From Bugula neritina (taxonomy: Eukaryota; Animalia; Bryozoa), in NCBI GenBank assembly GCA_964035545.1, contig OZ037768.1, forward strand, positions 10,758,741 through 10,822,740: a DNA stretch of 64,000 nucleotides, written 5' to 3'. A model generated the notes under the pieces. It saw only the letters and a list, made by a program, of their open reading frames with translations. It was not told where the DNA came from and did not search any database. Position 1 is the first letter of the stretch. Every line of letters begins with the position of its first letter. A program made the position numbers and the translations under genes. Positions 37,401 through 46,028 of this stretch are shown here, in pieces.

Positions 37401-40400
37401 AGAAATGAATTTGAACAAGAACACACTAGTTGGATGTGTAGAGAATATTGCGATGAACACAAGTCACAATATTTTCAATGTATGTTTAACGGGCAAACCT
37501 GGAATCCATTAGACTGTTGTAAAGCTAGTGCCAAGTTCCACAAAAGATCTTTGGGGTTGTTTCACTGCGAAAATGTCTCCCGAGGTGTTGTAGCGCTTTG
37601 CTCCAAATGTTACTATTGTTTCGGAGAAGAACCTAAATACAGTTCAAAAGGTGTCAGTAAATTGCACAACAACTATACCGAAAAAGATTACTTCGATGTA
37701 TTGATAAATCAGAAAATTGCTTACGGTACGAACAAGGGTTTTCGAGTAAAAGGTGAAGAAATATTCACGTACGTTCAAAATCGAAAAGCTTTAAATTATT
37801 TTTACGGAAAGAGAATTGTGTCACAAGATCACGTGACAACCAAACCTACTTTACTGTAAAAAAACTGTGTTTAGTTAGCGCGTTCAGTTAATTGGTATTT
37901 CACTGTCCGGTTGATAGGTCGCATCAATCAATATTCTACGATGGAAAATTTATACCTATTACAGAAAAACGCTTATAATTATATATGGTACAAGCTTTCG
38001 AAAATGAGTAGACAACATTACGTTAACTATTGTATAACGCAAACCGTTTTGGACATGTACAATAAACATCAAAATTGGAGTGAGGAAGAAATAAATGAAT
38101 TGGTCGAACTAGCCGAGGATATGTACGAGACTAACGGTTACGTTCAGTTTTGTAAAGTGGCAAAAGATTTGACTGATCCAAATATCTCAGCTATTCGCTT
38201 AGAAACAATATTTTTCTTGTGCGTGCAAATTTGCAAAATGTATATCGAGGCTGGAGAACACTTCGCAGTGAAATATTTTATTCAACAGATCCAATGGAAC
38301 TTGGGAATAGCTCTCGAGAAACAAAACAATGTACAATAGTTTATTTTGTATATAATTGTGTATATTTGCCTAAACTTGCCTAAACATGCCTAAACATGCC
38401 TGAACTTGCCTAAACATGCCTGAACTTGCCTAAATCTATTTATACTTTTTTATGCCTATTAATATTTTTGTACATTACTTGATACAATTATTTGGGAATA
38501 AACTCTCGGAATATACAGTTAACATCATGAGCTTACCTTTCTACCATACATTTTCAGCGATTGTAGCTGGTCCTTCAAGGGCTGGTAAAACTCAGTGGGT
38601 AAGGAAATTGATTACCAACAGTCATACAATGATATCACCTCCACCTGAAAAAATAATATATTGTTATAGTGAGTGGCAGCCACTGTTTAGTTCATACAAC
38701 AACGTTGAGTTTCATCAAGGTGTTATCGATATACAAGAATTAAACAAAAATATAAAAAACTTGATAATATTTGATGATTTAATGAGTGAAATAGATCAGA
38801 ATATTGAAAACATATTTACTAAGCACAGTCACCATCGCAACATAAGCGTAATATTTATAACACAGAATCTGTTTCAAGACAACTCTCACATGAGAACAAT
38901 GTCTCGAAGCGCTTCTTATGTTGTTGTATTTAAAAACCCTAGAGACGTGAACCAGATATCCTATTTGGCAAGACAAATGTTTCCTAAAAACCAGAGTAAT
39001 TTTGTTGTTGAAGCGTTTTGAGACGCCACTTCTGTCCCCTTTGGGTACTTGGTTATAGACTACAGGCAAGAGACAGAAGACTATTTGCGCATTAGAACAG
39101 GTGTATTTCCGGGTGAGAAAACCTATATCTATTTGTCAAACAGAAACGCTACTTCATTACAAAGAAATGCAGCTTGAAGCTAACATAAATCATGACCGCT
39201 AGAATTAAAAAACACGCCAAGACTCTAAGTTATTTAGCTGAATGTGACAAACACAACTGTAAAGCAATCATCAACGCAGCGGGTAGTGAACTGTTGAACT
39301 GTTTCTCAGATATTTGCTACAACGTATTAAAAGGCAAGGTGTCATTGTCACCTACTGAAGAAAACAACTTACGTAAATACAAAAATATTTTAAGAAAGAT
39401 TGCTGATAAAAAGAGTACACTGAAAACTAAAAAAACACTGGTACAGAAAGGAGGGTTTCTCTCGGCTCTTTTAGGACCACTAATAGGAAGTGTTCTAGCA
39501 CCACTAGCGAAAGGAATATTCAGCGGTTTTAGAAAAAGATGAATTCGCAAAGCGCTAGAAAATTCTTATTAGTGGATGCCGCGGATCTAAAACACAACTC
39601 ATTTGTAAATGCTGATGTCAGCAAAAATAATGATTATCAACAAGTCGAGAGAAACAAACCTTTGATTACTAAAGAACTATTTGCCGTAGATAAGCTAATG
39701 AGTGAAATCTTAAATGACAACACGCTATCAGAAAATGAGAAAGTAACTGCTTATAACAACGCGTTGACTAATTATCAAGAGTTAAAAACTACTACTTATA
39801 AGAAAATATCTAGCACAAGGTTGCCTACTTTATCAAAGAATAGTGAACCACAACTAAAAGAAACAGAAAGTCTTACATCTTATAACCCACTACTAGCTAT
39901 CCCTCAAAGATTTAAAACAAAGGCGAGTCAACTTTGGGATATACTGAAAAAAGATGGTAAAGTTTCTGTAAATGATGCGGGGCAGGTAACTATTAACGGC
40001 AACCAACTACGCGGAAGCAATTTATCTGATCTATTAAATCTTGCGGTTAATAGTCAACTGAAAGGTAAAACATTGGAAGGGTGGAAAGAATTTAGACAAG
40101 TATTAATTGATTACAATGTACCCAAACTACTCATTAATCAAAACGTTATCGAAGAGAAATCTAAAAGTAGAAGAGAGTCTAGTAAATTGTCATCAGGCGA
40201 GTGGGATCCATACGATGGCAAGGCGAAAACGAAAAAAGCAAAATCCAGACTCCAGCTATACTGATAAACTAATTCGAGACACCTATTTCAATATTTCTAA
40301 ACCAGCCGGATTTGGTAGTAAAGCAAAGTTATACAAATCATTAAAAGGCAAAGTAAGCAAGGGTGCAATTGATAGATGGCTTGAAAAAACAGACAGCTAT

Positions 40401-43400
40401 AACCTACATAAACCTTTGCGAAAAAACTTTCCCAGACGAAAGTATATTGTATCAGGTATTAATGCCATGTGGCAAATTGATTTAACAGATCTCCAACAGT
40501 TTTCATCCGAAAATAATGGATTCAAGTATATACTATTAAGCATTGACACATTCAGTCGTAAAGCCTACGGTGTACCACTCAAAACTAAATCTGGTTTAGA
40601 AGTGAGTAGAGCTATGAGGGAGATTATAGAAAACGAAAACAACAACACTCCACCAGAAATGATTTTATCAGATAGAGGCAAAGAATTCTTTAACCCTCAA
40701 TTTAAAGCATTAATGAAAGAATATAACATAAACCACTTTTCATCCAACAATCAAGAAATTAAAGCATCCATGGTTGAAAGACTGCAAAGAACACTAAAGG
40801 CTAAATTGTTTAAATATTTTACTCATCAAAACAGTCACAGATATCTTGACATTCTCAATGATCTAATATCATCATACAATAACTCGAAACACTCGGCTCA
40901 TAACTCAACACCTAATGATGTGACAGTTAACAATCAAGAAGAAATTTGGCATAGACTATACACAGATAGTCAGAGTGGTCAAACTAACAAACTAAAATAC
41001 AATGTTGGAGATCTCGTTAGAATATCGAAATATAGTACAGTATTTAAAAAAGGATACCTTCCTTCTTGGAGCGAAGAAATCTTTACCATAGCGAAAATCC
41101 ACACTACTAATCCTCCAGTGTATTCTCTCGCGGATGACAGCGGTGATCAGCTAGAAGGAACATGGTATGAACCGGAATTACAGAAAGTAAACACCAAGAG
41201 CAACACCTATAAAATAGAGTCAATTGTTGGTCAGCGTACTGTGAATGGTAAAAAACAATTTCTTGTAAGGTGGGCTGGATATCCGCCAAGTTTTGACTCG
41301 TATGTTGATAAAAGAGATGTAATTTTTAACTATAAGAATTAGATAATAAACTTATATGTTGTCACTCTTACAAAGATGCGCGTTGTTTTACCTAGTAATG
41401 CTTCGTTGAAGCATTTTCCAAAAAATAGTCTTTCAGTATACACAGTTCAATTGCCTCAAAGTTTAGATTTTACGGATGGCTCTTACGAAATCGGATTGAG
41501 TGAGATACAATTTTATAAATCATGGTTCAATGTGAAACAGTGCAGCATAACCTTAAAAGTAAATGAAGCTGAAGAAACAGTGCATCTAGATGACGGTTAC
41601 TACAAATCAGATAAAAAGCTAATACAATCTATCAATCAAGCAATAAATGACCAGTGTTTAAATCTGAAAGTAAAATTTAATTTCTATTACAACGATGTCA
41701 ATAAGAATTTTTATGTCATTGCTGAAAATGTTAGCGGTTGCTCTATAGACATCACATACTCACCATCTCTTGAGAAAATACTTAATGTACAGGAAGAAAA
41801 AATGGAGATAAAATCAATGACCGATGGCACAATTTTGGTCAAGTACAATACTCCAATAAGATTACATACAATATTTAACCTGATGGTGTATACAGATGTA
41901 GCAGAATCTAGTATTGTTGGAGATACTCAGGCTCAACTACTAAGAGTTGTAGGAGTCGAGGATGGTCATTGGAGGTTGCAGTCCACTAACTTTAACAATG
42001 TACAGTACTGCAAAATAAATAAAACGCATGTTTCGAGTGTATCAATTTATATATACACGGATTACGGTGAAAGAGTACCATTCACGCATGGACGTACAGT
42101 GGTAACGGTAGATATTCGAAAAGTTAAACCTATAAACCTAATATGAGAATAATTCCATTCGATTGTGATGCCGCATCAAATAGCTATAGACAGTTATATG
42201 AACAATCAGGAAATGGAATGATTCCAATATTTTCAGGAGAAAAATATCAAACAGGATACGGTTTAGGGAGCATATTTGGTAACATACTCAAAGCAGCATT
42301 GCCTGTTGTAAAACAAGGTGTAAAAAGTTTAGGAAAGACAGCAATAAATACTGGTCTAAACATTGCCAGAGATAGTTTATCCGGTAAACCATTCAGAGAG
42401 TCAATTAAAGATAACGTCAACAGCGCGGCTGGAGAGGTTATTACTAAAGGTATTACATACGTCACCAACAGAAATCGAAATAAAAAAAGGAAGCGTCAGA
42501 CTAACAGAGTTACTTCTTCCAAGTCTTCAAAGGTGAAAAGACGTAGGGTTACTAAACGCGATATCTTTTCATAGAATACTATACTATGAGTTTCATAATG
42601 GAACATAGCTGCCTCGCTGGCAAACCCGAATTAGATTTATTTTCTACACTACCTACTCAAGCATCAATCGAAGAAGGATATCACGTAGAACATATGCCCA
42701 CAACCTCATTGAATGATGAGGGACCTATAAAGTTCTCAATCTCTGGTGATTCGAACAACTACCTTGACCTCAGTTCAAGCTATCTATTATTAGAGGTGAA
42801 AATAACAAAAGCTGACGGTACGGATCTCGATGCTCAAGGTGATGCGGCTCCTATAAACCTTTTGGGTCACACATTATTTCAACAAGTAGAAATTATGCTA
42901 AATGATGTAGTTATTTCCAACGCTTCTAATCTCTACCACTACAGAGCTCTTATAGAAACTTTACTAAGTTACTCCGATGAAGCTAAAAAGTCACAACTAT
43001 CAATGTCACTCTACTCAAAGGATACACCCGGAAAAATGGATCACATTGGTGGTGATAATGAAGGCTTGGAAGCTAGAAGGCGAATTACGGGGCAGAGTAA
43101 AACTGTGCAATTAATTGTTAGACCGCACGCTGACATATTCTTTCAAAGGCGATTCATTTTAAACGGAGTAGACATGAAATTAAAATTTGTGAGGAATCAC
43201 AACAGCTTAGTGCTAATGGCTGGTGAAAACTCTACTTGCAAACTAAAAATCCTAAACGCATCTTTTTTCCTTCGAAAAGTTAAAATCAATAGCGGAATAC
43301 AATTAAAGCACATTGAAAATTTAGACAAGAAACTATTACCAGCCGTTTATCCTATCAGAAGAGTTGATATGAAGTCATTCAATATCGCATTGGGTTCACT

Positions 43401-46028
43401 GTCTTGGAACGAAGAAAATTTATTTCACGGTATTCTGCCTAAGAGGATAGTTATAGGTATTGTAAACGCTGGTGCATTCGAAGGCGCGTACAATTTGAAT
43501 CCTTTCAACTTTCAGCACAAACATTTAAAATATACAAACCTAGTCGTTGACGGGAAACAAGTACCTCAGAAGGCATTGGTTTCAGACTACACAAATCATA
43601 ATACTCTAAGAAACTATTTTACGCTCTTGGAATCAACGGGAAAGGTGTTCAACAATGGCGGAATAGATATAGATAGAGAGGAATACGAGAAAGGTTACAG
43701 TCTAATGGCCTTTGATTTAACTCCTGACCTAGATTTGAGCACTTGCTTTCATTTGATGAAGCGAGGAACAATAAGATTAGAGCTAAAGTTTTCTCAGGCT
43801 CTTGACACACCCGTTAATGTGATTGTCTACTCCGAATTTGACTCTGGTATAAAAATTGATAAGAATAGAGCGGTACTTACAAATTTCTACGCGTGATGAA
43901 TTCTAAAGAAATATATTCCATTCTTGAGAACGATGAGTGGGTGAAAAAGATGAACTTCATCGGTGTATTTCCAATCGATAGAATACCTAGTAGTAGTTTG
44001 ACGGATTATCCTTGCTGTGGAGTTGTAAACACTAAACCTCACAATCATCCGGGAGAGCACTGGGTGATGTTTCTAAAGACAGAAAATAACACAGGAGTTT
44101 ATTTCGACTCTTTTGGAAGTGGTCTTTACAACATGCCAGAGGTTGCGGCTATATTTGATTCAGTAGACTCTTGGCAATTTAGTAGCACTCAGCTACAATC
44201 TGTATTTTCTACAGTTTGCGGACAATACTGTATTTTTGTGTTAACGCATTTAGCCAGAGGTTTCTCACTAGAACACATTATATCTTTAATAAATGATTGT
44301 TGTGATACATACGCGAATGATGCTTTTATATTTAATTACATTAATCAAAAATATAGTAATTTTTTAAATAAAGAACTAGAAATTGTAGACTTACCTTTTA
44401 TTTTTGAACAAGCTTCTTATCCTGTTAAAATTTAAAGCTGTAATATTCTATTATGACATTTTTTCAAGAAAATAAACTCATGGTGAAAAGAAATCTCTTT
44501 CTGGTTATTGAATATTATACGGAGTGTAGAATTTACCAAAGTGACAACAGTGATATAACGAGGGTAACTAATCATAGATCAATGTTTTAGTACGTGAGAT
44601 TCTGACTACGTAGTTAGTTAAAAGGTGTATTCACCGTAAGCTAAATTTAATAGCTACCACCTGTCAACTTTAAGGCTTACAATGCTAATTCATCAATAAC
44701 AAATACAATGCTCACATAGTTAACGAGATGCTAATTTCCATAGCCATAGAGTCTACACTATGTTGACAAATTGGCCGATACGAGATGCTTACTTCCATAG
44801 CCGTAGAGGCGCTTATTATACTACTGATTGGATATAAGCAGCTAGTTTATTGGTAAACACTGATAAAATTTTAACATTATGAAGATTGCCAGGGAATTAT
44901 TGTCACTGTTATATGTTTGCTAAGACCAGGCCAAAATCTACATAAAAATTAGTGCTTACCACCAAGGATGTTAAGATGGAAATTAGCTGTTAAAAAGTAG
45001 TGAAATATAAATAATTACTTTGTGCCTTTTATTTAATTTAATTTTTGCTTCATAAATTTTTGGCTTACATACAACTTTTTCTTTTCAGAATTTCAAACTT
45101 TCTGTTCTGAATACTTGTTGAGCTGCGACTAAATATTTAATAATGAAAATAATAGCAAAACTGACTAATTAGTTGAAATGTTTGTTACCTGTTCACTACT
45201 CATACCTAGTAGTCACTGTCATGCTGTTTCTGATAACTTAGGCTACCAGAAACAGGGGTTTATGCAATGCCTGCTTTATATGCTACCTAACACTAAATAT
45301 TGAGTGACTTTCGTAATACTGCTATTGCACCCTTGTGTTACGTCACAGTAGCAATCCTCCTTAAAAAGAGATGCTATATCTAGGCTAAAATATTTTGATA
45401 ACTTCACCAAAGCAAAAATACCAATTCTAAATTTTCCAAAATACATTTCATAGCCAAACCAAATGCTAGACTTAATCCATACTATATAACATAATAAAGG
45501 CTACAAACATAAATCAGAGCATTTAATAATTTCACAGAAGTAACATTGCAAAATCTAAATTTGTCTAAAACCAATGCTTAGAGATATCCAAACCTCACAC
45601 CTAATTCACACTGTAAGTATAAGAGAATGGAAGCTACAAGTATGAATAATCTTAAGCATCAATAACTACACTACACATTCAATTTTAGTCAATTTAAACA
45701 CTTAAACTGAGTATGTACTCAAAATTTGTAGGACAAAAGTGGTTGGCAGAATGTAGGAATTGTAAAGAAACTTAGATAAAATATATTTAATATAGCTCGT
45801 TGTATGGTTGTATGTGAATGAAAGACAAATCTTCACCTTATAATGGGTGCACCATTGGATGACTTTCTTTAGTATGGCAGCATCTACATTAGGCAAGATT
45901 ATGGGGTCCTCATACTCGTCAACTCCAAGAAGTTCAAACATGTCTCGTAGAAAGATAGACTGCTTCATTATCTCTCTTTCTACTTTGAATACTTCCCCAT
46001 CACAGCTTTCCAAGGCAATGATCGACAT
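28475..46028 (-). CDS. Skp1 paralog C, with the Polinton inside intron 1; last exon unresolved
   Basis: Exon 1 46028-45837 (...[20 protein letters not shown]|GT), exon 2 29085-28945 (...[19 protein letters not shown]|GT), exon 3 28617-28475 ([21 protein letters not shown]...). Same intron positions as canonical Skp1; no other exon 2 seen in 44832-45836 and no exon 1 in 29086-29189. Confidence 0.75.
29196..29377 (+). repeat. Polinton left TIR (182 bp)
   Basis: Reverse complement of 44618-44825 apart from 4 substitutions and a 26-bp indel. Confidence 0.95.
29576..30091 (+). CDS. Polinton accessory protein: TM helix plus possible PC4-like domain
   Basis: 171-aa ORF with hydrophobic [20 protein letters not shown] after KKK; C-terminal [13 protein letters not shown]...FITIQYF loosely fits the PC4 strand pattern; AATAAA at 30121. 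Confidence 0.6.
   Translation: MMTEVENFPLQNKDPIFNEQDANVAEDELDVARKVVHNRNTLINKVSTRRDNAKNDWSFSELKKKPIAIILVALFLSMNVINIVMSGNGSFSGKMFSTNYTLDRMFNNCTKHFEMTDNLKLAVCNTKVHGDFITIQYFFLNGNMSQSDASSPSKLLTVLTKHILENNYYGM
30308..30736 (+). promoter_or_regulatory. Duplicated upstream module with CCTACGTAAA motifs and TATA box
   Basis: Two diverged ~200-bp copies share acctacgtaaactgatataatat (30367, 30572); inverted tttacgtagg at ~30697; tatataaaag at ~30727, about 60 bp before ATG 30788. Confidence 0.55.
30788..32100 (+). CDS. Polinton spliced gene (~301 aa), putative OB-fold ssDNA-binding protein
   Basis: Exons 30788-30912, 31156-31251, 31416-32100 with GT-AG phase-2 introns; good Kozak context (accATGg); NLS-like KRK/KRKK, Ser/Thr linker, beta-rich C-terminal domain. 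Gene model is strong; function is inferred. Confidence 0.7.
30945..31103. repeat. 78-bp tandem duplication inside a viral intron
   Basis: accactaacctgttagaatattattaac... begins at 30945 and 31023; copies nearly identical. Confidence 0.9.
32211..33247 (+). repeat. Tandem array of ~9 units (consensus 109 bp), each with TATAAAA
   Basis: Anchor tgaaaa recurs at periods 109,102,99,109,109,109,129,109,129. Confidence 0.95.
33457..37859 (+). CDS. Protein-primed family B DNA polymerase (pPolB), ~1380 aa, spliced; start codon unresolved
   Basis: Exons 33457-33599 (C2H2 finger), 33709-36889, 37039-37859. OTU-like DNLCLF...SHFSW; ExoI VFDCET, ExoII FNGAVYD, ExoIII YNNEDV; motif A YDATSLY, motif B KLIG|NSAYG, motif C MDTDS; VSR-like insert (VDG...GCWFHG...WECEF). 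Confidence 0.93.
37941..38339 (+). CDS. Polinton accessory protein, Bcl-2-like (132 aa)
   Basis: Helical ORF; [29 protein letters not shown] follows the BH1-region spacing F..V..EL.....NWGRI..FF.F....C. Confidence 0.55.
   Translation: MENLYLLQKNAYNYIWYKLSKMSRQHYVNYCITQTVLDMYNKHQNWSEEEINELVELAEDMYETNGYVQFCKVAKDLTDPNISAIRLETIFFLCVQICKMYIEAGEHFAVKYFIQQIQWNLGIALEKQNNVQ
38367..38434. repeat. 10-bp minisatellite TGCCT(A/G)AAC(A/T), about 7 copies
   Basis: Direct inspection; lies just upstream of the ATPase/structural gene block. Confidence 0.9.
38527..39177 (+). pseudogene. A32/FtsK-like packaging ATPase with one in-frame TGA (39019-39021)
   Basis: Walker A GPSRAGKT, Walker [27 protein letters not shown]. 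After the TGA the same frame continues with the family-typical [13 protein letters not shown]...RIRTGVFP to TGA at 39175-39177. Confidence 0.88.
39192..39542 (+). CDS. Conserved Polinton small basic virion protein with QxGG site and amphipathic tail
   Basis: 116 aa; [12 protein letters not shown]...[12 protein letters not shown]...[14 protein letters not shown]. Confidence 0.75.
   Translation: MTARIKKHAKTLSYLAECDKHNCKAIINAAGSELLNCFSDICYNVLKGKVSLSPTEENNLRKYKNILRKIADKKSTLKTKKTLVQKGGFLSALLGPLIGSVLAPLAKGIFSGFRKR
39539..40264 (+). CDS. Conserved uncharacterised Polinton protein (241 aa)
   Basis: [20 protein letters not shown]...L..Y and KA..L...LK...N..G....NG..L.GSN..DL patterns seen in ORFs preceding Polinton integrases; ATGA overlap with the upstream gene. 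Confidence 0.75.
   Translation: MNSQSARKFLLVDAADLKHNSFVNADVSKNNDYQQVERNKPLITKELFAVDKLMSEILNDNTLSENEKVTAYNNALTNYQELKTTTYKKISSTRLPTLSKNSEPQLKETESLTSYNPLLAIPQRFKTKASQLWDILKKDGKVSVNDAGQVTINGNQLRGSNLSDLLNLAVNSQLKGKTLEGWKEFRQVLIDYNVPKLLINQNVIEEKSKSRRESSKLSSGEWDPYDGKAKTKKAKSRLQLY
40215..41342 (+). CDS. Retroviral-like (rve) integrase with C-terminal chromodomain
   Basis: DDE triad WQIDL / SDRGKEF / [10 protein letters not shown]; [12 protein letters not shown]; chromodomain [10 protein letters not shown]...[16 protein letters not shown]. Confidence 0.95.
   Translation: MARRKRKKQNPDSSYTDKLIRDTYFNISKPAGFGSKAKLYKSLKGKVSKGAIDRWLEKTDSYNLHKPLRKNFPRRKYIVSGINAMWQIDLTDLQQFSSENNGFKYILLSIDTFSRKAYGVPLKTKSGLEVSRAMREIIENENNNTPPEMILSDRGKEFFNPQFKALMKEYNINHFSSNNQEIKASMVERLQRTLKAKLFKYFTHQNSHRYLDILNDLISSYNNSKHSAHNSTPNDVTVNNQEEIWHRLYTDSQSGQTNKLKYNVGDLVRISKYSTVFKKGYLPSWSEEIFTIAKIHTTNPPVYSLADDSGDQLEGTWYEPELQKVNTKSNTYKIESIVGQRTVNGKKQFLVRWAGYPPSFDSYVDKRDVIFNYKN
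41376..42146 (+). CDS. Minor capsid (penton) protein
   Basis: N-terminal LPSNAS...[25 protein letters not shown]...LLRVV; canonical position in the block. Confidence 0.85.
   Translation: MRVVLPSNASLKHFPKNSLSVYTVQLPQSLDFTDGSYEIGLSEIQFYKSWFNVKQCSITLKVNEAEETVHLDDGYYKSDKKLIQSINQAINDQCLNLKVKFNFYYNDVNKNFYVIAENVSGCSIDITYSPSLEKILNVQEEKMEIKSMTDGTILVKYNTPIRLHTIFNLMVYTDVAESSIVGDTQAQLLRVVGVEDGHWRLQSTNFNNVQYCKINKTHVSSVSIYIYTDYGERVPFTHGRTVVTVDIRKVKPINLI
42143..42574 (+). CDS. Core (pVII-like) basic protein
   Basis: QSGNG and [10 protein letters not shown] candidate protease sites, amphipathic middle, Arg/Lys-rich tail ending RDIFS. Confidence 0.8.
   Translation: MRIIPFDCDAASNSYRQLYEQSGNGMIPIFSGEKYQTGYGLGSIFGNILKAALPVVKQGVKSLGKTAINTGLNIARDSLSGKPFRESIKDNVNSAAGEVITKGITYVTNRNRNKKRKRQTNRVTSSKSSKVKRRRVTKRDIFS
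42586..43896 (+). CDS. Double jelly-roll major capsid protein
   Basis: 436 aa; [42 protein letters not shown] motifs. Confidence 0.92.
   Translation: MSFIMEHSCLAGKPELDLFSTLPTQASIEEGYHVEHMPTTSLNDEGPIKFSISGDSNNYLDLSSSYLLLEVKITKADGTDLDAQGDAAPINLLGHTLFQQVEIMLNDVVISNASNLYHYRALIETLLSYSDEAKKSQLSMSLYSKDTPGKMDHIGGDNEGLEARRRITGQSKTVQLIVRPHADIFFQRRFILNGVDMKLKFVRNHNSLVLMAGENSTCKLKILNASFFLRKVKINSGIQLKHIENLDKKLLPAVYPIRRVDMKSFNIALGSLSWNEENLFHGILPKRIVIGIVNAGAFEGAYNLNPFNFQHKHLKYTNLVVDGKQVPQKALVSDYTNHNTLRNYFTLLESTGKVFNNGGIDIDREEYEKGYSLMAFDLTPDLDLSTCFHLMKRGTIRLELKFSQALDTPVNVIVYSEFDSGIKIDKNRAVLTNFYA
43896..44435 (+). CDS. Adenain-like cysteine maturation protease
   Basis: GEHWV (His), YFDSFG (Asp), LQS (Gln), VCGQYC (Cys); ATG overlaps the MCP stop (TGATG); AATAAA at 44471. 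Confidence 0.92.
   Translation: MNSKEIYSILENDEWVKKMNFIGVFPIDRIPSSSLTDYPCCGVVNTKPHNHPGEHWVMFLKTENNTGVYFDSFGSGLYNMPEVAAIFDSVDSWQFSSTQLQSVFSTVCGQYCIFVLTHLARGFSLEHIISLINDCCDTYANDAFIFNYINQKYSNFLNKELEIVDLPFIFEQASYPVKI
44618..44825 (-). repeat. Polinton right TIR (208 bp)
   Basis: Inverted copy of 29196-29377. Confidence 0.95.

Larger units (their letters stand above)
29196..44825 (+). mobile_element. Full-length Polinton/Maverick (adintovirus-like endogenous virus), 15,630 bp
   Basis: AGTAGT...ACTACT termini, long TIRs, exact 6-bp TSD gattgg (29190-29195, 44826-44831), plus pPolB, integrase, ATPase, MCP, mCP and protease genes. Confidence 0.97.

Noticed and set aside
40107-40214. Integrase N-terminal extension from TTG
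   Set aside because: Non-ATG start inside the upstream gene; ATG 40215 is more plausible. The same applies to the TTG start at 37911 and the GTG start at 43893.
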